Origin: an uncultured Eubacteriales bacterium
GTDB lineage: Bacteria; Bacillota_I; Bacilli_A; RF39; UBA660
Assembly (NCBI GenBank): GCA_905188025.1
Contig: CAJJKI010000004.1
Location: forward strand, 8,629 to 72,628
Reading direction: 5' to 3'
Length of the DNA stretch: 64,000 nt
Position numbers and translations under genes: made by a program. Shown here one piece after another: positions 29,043 through 38,619 of the stretch. The notes under the pieces were generated by a model. That model searched no databases. It saw only the letters and a program-made list of their open reading frames with translations, and was not told the DNA's origin. Each line of letters starts with the position of its first letter. The stretch's first letter is position 1.

Positions 29043-29603
29043 TTATTTTACTGTTGCACCAGTAAAGTTCTCTGTCTTTGCTCCAATGTATCCTTGAAAT
29101 TCGGCATTTACAATATTATTGTCCACTTTATTGCCATCTATCCATAAGTATACGGTGAAAGAAGTATTTTCTTCTGATAATTTATAATTTTCAACGATAT
29201 TTACGATATTCTTTGTTGTATCATTGGTACCAACGAAGTTACCTTTGTTATAGTATACTTGAGTATTATTTTTAGTTCCGATTACTTCCCAGACGAATCC
29301 TTCGGTTGCTAAGTTTGAAGTTATTTTTTCGATATTTATGTATAATGTAGCTGTTGCTAAGGCACTTCCTTCTGCCATCTTAATATTAACAGTAGTGTTT
29401 AATCCATCTTCTTTTTTGCTTCCAAGATTTAGAGGACCACTAATAGTAGTTCCACCAGTATAAATTACATCGAACGTTTTACTTGTTCCTTCGACGTTTT
29501 CATTGCTACTGGCTGAGGCAGAAAAATAAGCATATGTTGAACCTATTACAGCAATAGTAAGTAACAATATTGACATTATAGAGTATAATACTTGCTTTCT
29601 CAT
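29043..29603 (-). CDS. secreted protein with SipW-cognate (TasA/CalY-type) signal peptide, paralog P1
   Basis: 186 aa. The N-terminus MRKQVLYSIMSILLLTIAVIGSTYAYFSASA carries the signal motif. The C-terminal family block is TVYLWIDGNKVDNNIVNAEFQGYIGA. Confidence 0.7.
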   Translation of the reverse strand: MRKQVLYSIMSILLLTIAVIGSTYAYFSASASSNENVEGTSKTFDVIYTGGTTISGPLNLGSKKEDGLNTTVNIKMAEGSALATATLYINIEKITSNLATEGFVWEVIGTKNNTQVYYNKGNFVGTNDTTKNIVNIVENYKLSEENTSFTVYLWIDGNKVDNNIVNAEFQGYIGAKTENFTGATVK

Positions 29604-29638
29604 TTCTTTACCTCATTTCATTTATCAACAACTTTTGG

Positions 29639-30211
29639 TTATTTTCTTTTTAATGCACTGTTAACTTTTATTTTAGCATTGAATCCTTTATTCATTAAAT
29701 AGTTTTGATCAGTGTTGTCTTCACTTAACCAAATATACAACTCATAATTATATGTTTCGGGATATGTTGTTGGTTCAATTATGGTTGTTGGAAGTACTAT
29801 TAAGCTAGCACTGTCTCCCAGAGTACTAAAATCTCCTTTTGCTACTACTTTATTATTTTGAACTAGTTCATATTTATAATTAGGAATTTTTAATTCACTG
29901 GCCATATTTATGTTTGTTAACATTATTTCAAGACCGATTTGATATTTTTTTAAGTTTTCATTAAATGTAATGTTGAAACTATTCTTATTAGCATATGTAT
30001 ATCTATCTTCATCATAAATTGGCATAGTGGTAGTGGAGCTGATAAATTCAGTTTGGGTGAATATTACTGTCGGAGTTTCTTTGATTGTTGTACCATTGAT
30101 ATTTGTTTCGGCATTTGAATATGCGTACCAAGCATAACTAACGCCAAACATTAAACCAAAGATTGCTATTATAGTGACAGTAAGTATAATTATTATTTTT
30201 TTAAATTCCAA
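29639..30211 (-). CDS. secreted protein with SipW-cognate signal peptide, paralog P2
   Basis: 190 aa. The N-terminus is MEFKKIIIILTVTIIAIFGLMFGVSYAWYAYSNAE and the C-terminal block is ELYIWLSEDNTDQNYLMNKGFNAKIKV. Confidence 0.7.
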   Translation of the reverse strand: MEFKKIIIILTVTIIAIFGLMFGVSYAWYAYSNAETNINGTTIKETPTVIFTQTEFISSTTTMPIYDEDRYTYANKNSFNITFNENLKKYQIGLEIMLTNINMASELKIPNYKYELVQNNKVVAKGDFSTLGDSASLIVLPTTIIEPTTYPETYNYELYIWLSEDNTDQNYLMNKGFNAKIKVNSALKRK

Positions 30212-30439
30212 CTTATATCACCCGCATTTCCTATTCTATTAACTATTATATATATTATAATATCATATTTTTTTGATAATATCAATCATAAAATTGGGTT
30301 CTATGAGACTTTTTGATTTGTATTTTAAATTTAGAGTTATTTTTGATAATTATTTTATATTAATAATATTCTTAAGGTATGTTTTTAGTATGATATTTTT
30401 TTATATGAATATTAATTGTATTTTGATTTGGTGAGTCAT

Positions 30440-30478
30440 GCAAGAAAAAGAACTCTATAATTCTCTTAGAGTTCTTAC
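30440..30478 (-). terminator. rho-independent terminator overlapping the gap stop codon
   Basis: The minus strand has AAGAACTCTA-loop-TAGAGTTCTT followed by TTTTTC. The TAG stop (30457-30455) lies inside the 3' arm of the stem. Confidence 0.75.
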
Positions 30479-31447
30479 CATTTGATATGAATAACCCATT
30501 TCATTATCATACCATGCTACAACATGAATTAATTGTTTTCCATTTACTTCAATTATATTTGTTAGATTTCCATCAATGGTAGCTCCACAGGTAGAAGAAA
30601 TGATATCTGATGATACAATAGGATCTTCAGTATATTCAAGTGTTTCATTGGAATTTTTCTTGAATGTTTCATTAATTTCTTCTTTAGAAGTGTGCTTTTC
30701 TACTTCTACTACTAGGTCAACAAGTGAACCGTCTGATACTGGTACTCTTATGGCTGATCCTAGAATTAATCCTTCTAATTCAGGCAAGACTTTGCCAATT
30801 GCTTTGGCGGCTCCGGTAGAAGTTGGCACCATATTCATTGCACAGGCTCTTCCACGTCTTTCCATAATTCCTTTTTTGTGAGCAACATCGAGGGTAACTT
30901 GATCGTTTGTATAAGCATGAATTGTAGTCATGTTACCTTTTATTATTTTGAAGTTATCATTTAATACTTTTAGTACAGGAGCAAGGCAGTTGGTAGTACA
31001 AGAAGCTGCGGATACTATGATGTCATCTTTGGTTAGGATATCGTGATTTACATTGTATACCACTGTTTTCATTTCACCTTTTCCTGGGGCTGATATTAAA
31101 ACTTTCTTGGCTCCGGCTGTAATGTGTTCGTTAGCTTTTTCTAAGCTGGTAAATTTTCCGGTACACTCTAAGACAACGTCAATATTTAATTCTTTCCACG
31201 GAAGATTAGTTGGTTCCATTTCTTTGTAAACTTTTACTTGGCGTCCATTTACATAAATATTGGCATCATCGTGAGTAACGTTTTTGTTATATCTTCCATG
31301 ATTGGTATCATATTTTAGTAAATATGCTAATTCTTCAGGAGTTGATAAGTCATTTACTGCTACTACTTCCATGTCATCTAATTCTTCAATAATTCTAAAA
31401 ACTAATCGACCAATTCGGCCAAATCCATTAATGGCAATTTTTTTCAT
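30455..31447 (-). CDS. gap: type I glyceraldehyde-3-phosphate dehydrogenase
   Basis: 330 aa with INGFGRIGR, active site SCTTNCLAP and WYDNEMGYS. Confidence 0.96.
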   Translation of the reverse strand: MKKIAINGFGRIGRLVFRIIEELDDMEVVAVNDLSTPEELAYLLKYDTNHGRYNKNVTHDDANIYVNGRQVKVYKEMEPTNLPWKELNIDVVLECTGKFTSLEKANEHITAGAKKVLISAPGKGEMKTVVYNVNHDILTKDDIIVSAASCTTNCLAPVLKVLNDNFKIIKGNMTTIHAYTNDQVTLDVAHKKGIMERRGRACAMNMVPTSTGAAKAIGKVLPELEGLILGSAIRVPVSDGSLVDLVVEVEKHTSKEEINETFKKNSNETLEYTEDPIVSSDIISSTCGATIDGNLTNIIEVNGKQLIHVVAWYDNEMGYSYQMVRTLREL

Positions 31448-31475
31448 TTTATTCCTCTTTTCTTTTATATATTTT

Positions 31476-31955
31476 TTATTTTATTAATACTTCTCCATTT
31501 TGAACAAGATCCTCAATTTTACCTTTTTCAAATCCTACTAGGGCTCCTAAAATAATTTCTACTTGTTGTGTGCTATTATTAGTTAATTTTATTGATACTG
31601 TCCTAGTTTGAGATGGTTTTATTATATTTGTTAGGACGTCTTGTGAATCTTCTGATAATGATGCTGTAAAGCCATTTGGGGTGGTTACAGGACTTATCAT
31701 GTAATAATACATACCATATTTTATCGTTGAAGTGTATGGATTTTCAAGAGTTATATCAACAAATTTCACTTCATTTTGAGAGACTATAATTTGTTTACTG
31801 GTAGTTTCTTTTAGAGAGTAAATTAAGTTGTGGTCAGCAGTTGAGTTATCTAATTTGGTATTCTCTTCATTGTAAGCAAAAGTGGTATATAGTGAAACAA
31901 TTCCTAGTGATAATAGACACATTATGATTATTATACTGATAGTTCTTTTTTTCAT
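31476..31955 (-). CDS. small secreted protein with SipW-cognate-like signal peptide, divergent paralog P3
   Basis: 159 aa starting MKKRTISIIIIMCLLSLGIVSLYTTFAYNEEN. The mature part looks beta-rich but lacks the YxWxD C-terminal block. Confidence 0.55.
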   Translation of the reverse strand: MKKRTISIIIIMCLLSLGIVSLYTTFAYNEENTKLDNSTADHNLIYSLKETTSKQIIVSQNEVKFVDITLENPYTSTIKYGMYYYMISPVTTPNGFTASLSEDSQDVLTNIIKPSQTRTVSIKLTNNSTQQVEIILGALVGFEKGKIEDLVQNGEVLIK

Positions 31956-31993
31956 ATTTTACCTCTTTTCTATATGATCTGAATTTTTTAAAA

Positions 31994-32758
31994 TTATGTA
32001 ATTATAAAATTGATTATATCTGCAAAGGTTAATCCCCATATGTAGAGAATTATTCCTGACATACTTAAGAATGGTCCAAAGGGAATAATGTTATCTTTTT
32101 TGAATATTAAAAGGAATAAGGCAATTGGAAAAGCAATGAAGGTAGCAAAGAAAATATTGCATACAGCCATCGGATATCCTATTACTAGACCTATTAAAAA
32201 CATTAGTTTTATATCTCCACCACCTAAGGACTCTTGTTTGAACATTAAATCACCAGCTTTTTTTACAAGGAGCATCGTTAGAAATGCACCAATTCCGGCA
32301 ACAACTCTTAGTGAAGTTTCATAGGCTCCTATAGAGAACAAGTCTACTATAATTATGCCAAACGAAGCTATTATTAATACTTCATCTAATATTATCATGT
32401 GCTCAATGTCACTTATTATGATAATTATTAGGCTAGATACAAAAATGATAGCAGTGATTAATTCAAGTGTAAAGCCAAATACGTGATAACAAACAGCAAA
32501 TAATATACCGGTGCATATCTCTATTAAAAGATAACTTATTGGTAATTTCGTGTGGCACTTACGGCACTTTCCACCTTGAAAAATGTATGATAATATGGGA
32601 ATTAATTCATACCATTTCAATTGATGCTGACATTTTTCACAATGGGAAGCTGGGCTTACAATCGAACCGCCTTTAGATAATCTAGTGGCAATTACGTGGT
32701 AAAATGAACCCATTACGCTTCCAAAGATGAAAAATATTAATAAATATATTTTTTCCAT
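31994..32758 (-). CDS. prepilin peptidase (A24 family, PilD/ComC-like)
   Basis: 254 aa with an N-terminal CxxC...CxxC (SHCEKCQH...GKCRKCH), a multi-TM body and both catalytic Asp contexts (ISDIEHM and GGGDIKLMF). Confidence 0.88.
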   Translation of the reverse strand: MEKIYLLIFFIFGSVMGSFYHVIATRLSKGGSIVSPASHCEKCQHQLKWYELIPILSYIFQGGKCRKCHTKLPISYLLIEICTGILFAVCYHVFGFTLELITAIIFVSSLIIIIISDIEHMIILDEVLIIASFGIIIVDLFSIGAYETSLRVVAGIGAFLTMLLVKKAGDLMFKQESLGGGDIKLMFLIGLVIGYPMAVCNIFFATFIAFPIALFLLIFKKDNIIPFGPFLSMSGIILYIWGLTFADIINFIIT

Positions 32759-32777
32759 TTAAAACTCCCCTTACCTA

Positions 32778-34166
32778 CTATAAAATTGTACTATATATGT
32801 CAAACATCGGTACTACAACTGCTAAGAGGATGACACCTACTATAACAGCTAATAAAACTATCATGATTGGCTCAATTAAACTTTTTAATCTTGATACAAT
32901 ATTTGTTTGTTCTTCTTGATAATAAGCTGCTACATGTTCCATCATTTCTCCTAGCTTACCTGTTTTTTCACCAGTTACTAACATTTCATAAGCTGTTTCT
33001 GGGAAAGCCCATTGTCCTTTAAAAGCTACGGATACGCCATTTCCTTTACTTAGGTTAACTATGGCATCATTAATCATTTTTTTATATATTTCATTTTCAG
33101 TTATCTTACTTAAGATATCCATACTATCTGTGATAAAAACGTCGTGTTTGATAAGCGTAGAAAAAGTACTTGTAAAGGTTACTAGTTGATTATATTTAAC
33201 AATATCTTTAACAACTGGAATATGCATAATTAGATACTGTACACCGTATTTAAATTTATTTGATGAATGGTATAAGAGATAAAATATGATTACTACAAGA
33301 GCGATAACTCCAATGATATAGTACCAATTTCCAGTAATGAAATCACTAATATTTATGATGGCTACGGTTATGCCTGGTAAATTTGATCCGGTTGATTCAT
33401 ACATTGAGGTAAATGAAGGCACTACATAGGTTATAACGAAAGTCAAAACGGCAACGGCAAAAACCATTAATACTGAAGGGTATGTCATGGCATTAATTAT
33501 TTGTTTACGATTACTATCTTGTCTTTTATAGTATGCAGCCATATCATCTAGAACGCCTGTTAAATCTCCAGTCATTTCAGAGGTTTTTAGCATATTTATT
33601 AGCATTTTAGGGAACACTTTACCTTGTTTTTCAAGACATTCGCTAAATGATAATCCTCTATTTAAATCAAATACTATTTTTCGATATAGCATTTGAGTAT
33701 TTTTCTTTTTGGCTTGACGACTAAGTATTTCCATTGAATCCAAGAGAGGTATTCCGGCTTTTACATAAGTTGATAACTGTGTCAAAAAGAAATTTAAATC
33801 TTTTGATTTCATTTTTGTTGATGATGACATATTGGCTAAGCCTAATTTTGTTGATAGTTTATCTTCATCAATAGAGATGATTGTTAAACCTTTATTTATA
33901 AGAAATGATTCAACATCTACTTTGTTCTCGGCATCAAAATAGCTTTCAATGGTGCTTCCTGTTTGATCTTTTACTTTATATTTAAATCTTTTTAGTTTTA
34001 CTGTTGTTTTTTTGTCGGCACCTCGATCAGAAAAATCTTTTTTTACTTGTGCTGTGACCTTGTTTTGATTTTGATTAGAAGCCACTTGAGGTGTAAGATT
34101 ATTTGAATTTTGTTGATTATGATTGCCTTGAGAATTAATTTGATTATTGTTCAAGTCATTCACCAC
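32778..34166 (-). CDS. type IV pilus/T2SS platform protein (GspF/PilC/ComGB family)
   Basis: It has two T2SSF repeats (FLTQLSTYVKAGIPLLDSMEIL... and FTSTFSTLIKHDVFITDSMDIL...), three TM segments and the C-terminal EPIMIVLLAVIVG...PMFD. The N-terminal extension is Asn/Gln-rich. The start is uncertain (GTG at 34166 or TTG at 34154). Confidence 0.88.
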   Translation of the reverse strand: MVNDLNNNQINSQGNHNQQNSNNLTPQVASNQNQNKVTAQVKKDFSDRGADKKTTVKLKRFKYKVKDQTGSTIESYFDAENKVDVESFLINKGLTIISIDEDKLSTKLGLANMSSSTKMKSKDLNFFLTQLSTYVKAGIPLLDSMEILSRQAKKKNTQMLYRKIVFDLNRGLSFSECLEKQGKVFPKMLINMLKTSEMTGDLTGVLDDMAAYYKRQDSNRKQIINAMTYPSVLMVFAVAVLTFVITYVVPSFTSMYESTGSNLPGITVAIINISDFITGNWYYIIGVIALVVIIFYLLYHSSNKFKYGVQYLIMHIPVVKDIVKYNQLVTFTSTFSTLIKHDVFITDSMDILSKITENEIYKKMINDAIVNLSKGNGVSVAFKGQWAFPETAYEMLVTGEKTGKLGEMMEHVAAYYQEEQTNIVSRLKSLIEPIMIVLLAVIVGVILLAVVVPMFDIYSTIL

Positions 34167-34268
34167 CTTTTTATTTTTCCATATATTATAATTGTATCAC
34201 AAATATTTATATTTTTAAAAACTTTTTTACATTTTTTACATATATTATGTTAGGAAGGGATATTAATT

Positions 34269-34731
<463 letters not shown>

Positions 34732-34733
<2 letters not shown>

Positions 34734-34776
34734 AAAGACTTCATAAGTGTATAAACTTAATTGAAGTCTCTTTTTT
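34732..34776. terminator. bidirectional rho-independent terminator
   Basis: AGACTTCA (34736-34743) pairs with TGAAGTCT (34762-34769), flanked by A5 on the left and T6 on the right. It sits between the convergent yqfQ-like and P4 genes. Confidence 0.75.
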
Positions 34777-34780
34777 GTTA

Positions 34781-35416
34781 TTATCCTGCTACTTGTACCA
34801 TTGATCCATCCCATTGAAGAGTAAAGCTTAAATTTTGCATTGGATCACTATTTACTTCACCAACATTTTGATGAGTATATGTGCTATCTAACCATACATA
34901 TAAATAATATGTTACAGTTTTTTCAGCAGTATTTGCTGGTACATCAAGATCTAGAGTAAGTACTGTTGAACCAGCTGTTAATTTTCCTGCAAATGTACCA
35001 GTTAAGTTTCCAGTACCGGCAGCACAACTAGTACTTGATGTCGTTAAAGCGTAATTTAATTTTCCTAACTCTGTGCTACTTGGAGTAGATACTCCAGCGG
35101 TTACATCAGTAACTTTTAAATTAGCAGTTAATTTTGCAGCTACGCTTGTAGCATTTGTATAAGTTATGGCTACAGTTTTTTTCATGGCATATGTTGAATT
35201 TGTGCATGTTGTTGGTGCTAAAGAAGAAACTGTTGATGTTCCATTACCTTCAATAGATGCACTCATATTGGGAGCATCCACTGTGAATCCTACATTTGTT
35301 CTTTGCGCAGTGTTACTTGTCCAAGACCAGTAGGCATATGTTCCACCAGCTACAATGGCTGCTATTAATAATACAGCAATTACTGAAATTATAATTTTAT
35401 TCTTATTTTCTTTCAT
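34781..35416 (-). CDS. secreted protein with SipW-cognate signal peptide, paralog P4 (Thr/Ser/Ala-rich)
   Basis: 211 aa starting MKENKNKIIISVIAVLLIAAIVAGGTYAYWSWTSN. It has two Cys, and the C-terminal block is YYLYVWLDSTYTHQN. Confidence 0.7.
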   Translation of the reverse strand: MKENKNKIIISVIAVLLIAAIVAGGTYAYWSWTSNTAQRTNVGFTVDAPNMSASIEGNGTSTVSSLAPTTCTNSTYAMKKTVAITYTNATSVAAKLTANLKVTDVTAGVSTPSSTELGKLNYALTTSSTSCAAGTGNLTGTFAGKLTAGSTVLTLDLDVPANTAEKTVTYYLYVWLDSTYTHQNVGEVNSDPMQNLSFTLQWDGSMVQVAG

Positions 35417-35441
35417 TTTTTCACCTCTTTTTAATTAGTTA

Positions 35442-36014
35442 TTATTGTGTTTGTGCAGCTGATGCGTGGATATATCCACTATATGCATTTTGATTATTAC
35501 TCATCATTTCATTTGTTACCTTGCTAGCATCAACCCAAAAATATACGAAATAGTATTTTGTACTTGTTGTTAGATCACTAGTATCAGTATATAATGTAAG
35601 ATTTCCTGATTTAGTAATAGTTCCACCAGCTACTTTATTATTAAAATTACTTGCACAAGATGATGTTGTTGTTGTACTTGTACATACGACATAATTGATA
35701 GCTCCTGATGTGGTTAATAGTGAAGTTGACTCTGTAGTTAATGTTATAGTTAATTTTCCTGCTACGGAATTATTAGCTAAGGCTGCACTTAATTGCTTTA
35801 CAGTGGCTGTTGCTGGTGTAGCTGTACTAAGTACTGGTACTGAACTGATTGTTCCGCCTCCAACGTAATTAATAACGAAGTTTTTGGTAGATACATTGTA
35901 TGTTCCATTAGTAACAGTTGCTGTTGCACTAAGCCAAGCAAAAGTTGCTCCAGCTATTAATACTACAAAGAATATTATACCAATAATAGTTCCAATTAAT
36001 TTTTTTTGATTCAT
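35442..36014 (-). CDS. secreted protein with SipW-cognate signal peptide, paralog P5 (Thr/Ser/Ala-rich, likely major subunit)
   Basis: 190 aa starting MNQKKLIGTIIGIIFFVVLIAGATFAWLSATA. It has two Cys (CTSTTTTSSC), and the C-terminal block is YYFVYFWVDASKVTNE...YSGYIHASA. AGGAGGA lies 7 nt upstream of the ATG. Confidence 0.7.
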   Translation of the reverse strand: MNQKKLIGTIIGIIFFVVLIAGATFAWLSATATVTNGTYNVSTKNFVINYVGGGTISSVPVLSTATPATATVKQLSAALANNSVAGKLTITLTTESTSLLTTSGAINYVVCTSTTTTSSCASNFNNKVAGGTITKSGNLTLYTDTSDLTTSTKYYFVYFWVDASKVTNEMMSNNQNAYSGYIHASAAQTQ

Positions 36015-36046
36015 ATTTTCCTCCTATTTATTTTATCTATAATTTG

Positions 36047-36075
36047 ATTTTATCACAAATGATTTTATTTGACAA
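36047..36075 (-). promoter_or_regulatory. sigma-A-type promoter of the P5-P4 operon
   Basis: The minus strand reads TTGTCA (36075-36070), a 17-nt spacer ending in TGA, then TAAAAT (36052-36047). Confidence 0.6.
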
Positions 36076-36095
36076 TATATTTGTGGCAAATATTT

Positions 36096-36383
36096 TTAAC
36101 TCTTGTTTTTTGATTCTTTTTTGGCTACAAAGTATTTGCAATCTGGGGCACAGTTTAATTTTAGGTATTTATCTAAATTTTTATAATTATTTATTTTATT
36201 AACTTTTTTAGACTTTTCATCATAAAAACCTTTCAATCTTAATTTGCCATATGCTATATCCCCTACTATGTAATCATAGTCGTAAAAATAATCAGTACAT
36301 TTTGATAAAAATTCTTCTTCTTCATAGGCATCTTTGTAGTTTTTAATTATTTCATATGTATTATTATTTATTTCTATTTTCAT
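36096..36383 (-). CDS. yutD: YutD (DUF1027) family protein
   Basis: 95 aa. YEIIKNYKDAYEEEEF...YDYIVGDIAYGKLRLKGFY matches the YutD signature. Confidence 0.75.
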   Translation of the reverse strand: MKIEINNNTYEIIKNYKDAYEEEEFLSKCTDYFYDYDYIVGDIAYGKLRLKGFYDEKSKKVNKINNYKNLDKYLKLNCAPDCKYFVAKKESKNKS

Positions 36384-36399
36384 TATATCTCCTTATTAA

Positions 36400-38094
36400 T
36401 TAATAGTCTTTTGAAAAAGCTGATTTTATTTGATTGTATTTATTTATGTTAGATGATGAATTCCATGTAATAAATCCACCTTTTAAGCCGGCATTTGATA
36501 ATGCTCTTGCTTGATCACTTATTTTAGTGGCATCATACGTAACTGTTGGGTTCCAATAAGGTGTATCGTAGGCTGTTATCCAAGTGCGAGCTACAGCTGG
36601 TGTAGGAATTTCTGTTTGTCTTTCAGCAGCGCCTTTTGCCCAGTTGTTGACTGTTTGATAAGCATTACTCCATGTGTCTACGCTTCTTCCAAAGTGATCG
36701 GTATATGGCATAGAACTAATGACATCGACGATATTTGAAATGGCTGGCCAATATTGACCATATGATGTTACATAAGTACCAGAACACTCTCCAAAAACGT
36801 CTACTGATAAATATACATTTTCTTTATGAATTTGATCGGCAGCATAATACAAGAAGTTTTGAACAGCTTCAGCTTTTTCTTCATTATATTTATTTTTAAA
36901 ATCAGTGCTGCTATTTTGTGACATGTTGTATGCATCTTCGGGAAATCTTACATAATCAAATTGTATTTCATTGAAGCCCATATCATCGATGGCTTGTTTT
37001 GATAGAGCAACATTATATTCCCAGGCTCCCCTACTGAAAGCTGATGGCCATAACCTTGATGAGACTGGCGAACTGATGCAATCTTCAGGATGATCTTTTC
37101 CATAATGAGGATCATTAAATACAACAATACGACCAATGACATATATTCCGGCTTTTTTAATTTTATCTATAGCTGATTTATAAGTATCATAACTGTTAAT
37201 AGCAGTCTCATATGCTGTTTTAGAATACTCTTTTGCAATTTCCATTGGATATGCAAGAGCACCATCTTTTAAATCTACAACGATGGCATTTACTCCACTT
37301 GATGTAGCTATCGATAAATATGAATCTATATTATTAATGACATTAGAGCCAGCATTCAAATACATTGCTTTAGCAGTTTTTTGAAGTGGGTTATCCGCAA
37401 ATTCTGGTTTTTCATATGGATAATAATCTAAGGTTGAGGCTTTTCCACCATATAATTCTCTACTATATTTTCTATCTTTATGAATATCATGGGTATTATT
37501 TTCATTATAATTAGCAGTAGCTTGTTCTTCGGTATCAACTAAATATTTAGCATAAACCCAACCAGTGATATCATCTTTTTTTATTTGATACATATTTACA
37601 GCACCTGTATCGTCTATTTTATCATAGTTAAGAATATCTATTTTATTTCCTTTTTTGATAAATGAATTTATTTTATAGTCTTTCTCATTTTCGTACACAG
37701 TTACTGAAGTTCTAATATATTTAGTAGTTTCTTGGACTATTTTTTTATTATCCTGTACTAAATACGCTTCAGGGATATAGTATGTATTTTCATCTATGGT
37801 AATTTCTTTATATTCAATATCACCTATAGTGATTGTTTTGTCTTTTGACTTTACTTTGGTTCCACGGACATATTCTTTAGCTTCAGTCATTTTATCATTT
37901 TCTTTATCGTAGGAGTACACTGAAACATTATTGGTAGTTGATGCTAAATAATAAGTTTTATTAACTATCGCAACGGGAGATGATTTCATTAATTTTGATA
38001 CTCCTAGGATGATAACAATTATTAGCAGCAAAGTTAAAATTATAGGAACTATTTTCAATTTTCTTTTTTTACGACTTCTCACTCTATTTGTCAT
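36400..38094 (-). CDS. membrane-anchored putative glycoside hydrolase (DUF4015-type TIM barrel) with SH3-like N-terminal region
   Basis: TM anchor, followed by VNAIVVDLKDG...GIYVIGRIVVFNDP...GFNEIQFDYVRFPED. I chose the ATG at 38094, preceded by TAGGTGAT. Confidence 0.65.
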   Translation of the reverse strand: MTNRVRSRKKRKLKIVPIILTLLLIIVIILGVSKLMKSSPVAIVNKTYYLASTTNNVSVYSYDKENDKMTEAKEYVRGTKVKSKDKTITIGDIEYKEITIDENTYYIPEAYLVQDNKKIVQETTKYIRTSVTVYENEKDYKINSFIKKGNKIDILNYDKIDDTGAVNMYQIKKDDITGWVYAKYLVDTEEQATANYNENNTHDIHKDRKYSRELYGGKASTLDYYPYEKPEFADNPLQKTAKAMYLNAGSNVINNIDSYLSIATSSGVNAIVVDLKDGALAYPMEIAKEYSKTAYETAINSYDTYKSAIDKIKKAGIYVIGRIVVFNDPHYGKDHPEDCISSPVSSRLWPSAFSRGAWEYNVALSKQAIDDMGFNEIQFDYVRFPEDAYNMSQNSSTDFKNKYNEEKAEAVQNFLYYAADQIHKENVYLSVDVFGECSGTYVTSYGQYWPAISNIVDVISSMPYTDHFGRSVDTWSNAYQTVNNWAKGAAERQTEIPTPAVARTWITAYDTPYWNPTVTYDATKISDQARALSNAGLKGGFITWNSSSNINKYNQIKSAFSKDY

Positions 38095-38301
38095 TTTATC
38101 ACCTATCATTAGTATAACACAGTTAGGCTTTTTTTACCATATTTTATTTATGAATGTTAAGACTTTTTAAAAAAATTAAACTTGAAAATAACTTACAATA
38201 ATCAATTCTATTTCTAATCATATAAATGTATAATTAATGTAAAATTAAATGTTGAATATTAAGCCGTTTTTTGATAAAATTTAGATAGGTAGTGATAGAA
38301 A

Positions 38302-38619
38302 ATGAAATTTATTTATAACAATAAAGAAATTGAGTTAATTAATTGTAAATCTTTTTATACTAGACTTATGGGAAATATGTTTAAAAAGAATATTTCTAAA
38401 GCCTTATTATTTGAAAAATGCAATAGTATTCATACTTTCTTTATGCGAGAGAAAATCGATGTAATAATGTGTGATAAGGATAATTGTATTAAAGTTGTTT
38501 TTAAAAATCTAGATAAAAATAGAATTATATGGCCTCAAAGGGGAGCAACTAAAACACTAGAGTTTCCAACTGGTTATTATGACTTTAAAGTTAATGATAA
38601 AATAAGGATGGTGAAATAA
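38302..38619 (+). CDS. DUF192 family protein
   Basis: 105 aa. The RLMGNMF...ALLFEKCNSIHTFFMREKIDVIMCD pattern matches DUF192. Confidence 0.6.
   Translation: MKFIYNNKEIELINCKSFYTRLMGNMFKKNISKALLFEKCNSIHTFFMREKIDVIMCDKDNCIKVVFKNLDKNRIIWPQRGATKTLEFPTGYYDFKVNDKIRMVK

Noticed and set aside
35442-36014. P5 N-terminus MNQKKLIG|TIIGIIFF as a class III (prepilin) signal, making the small proteins true type IV pilins
   Set aside because: Only P5 has a Gly before the hydrophobic core. P1-P4 and the large cargoes do not. None has the Glu+5 or FTLxE signature. All share the post-hydrophobic G-x-[TS]-[YF]-A-[YW] motif typical of SipW cargo. This is kept only as a minor alternative in the pilC-pilD finding.
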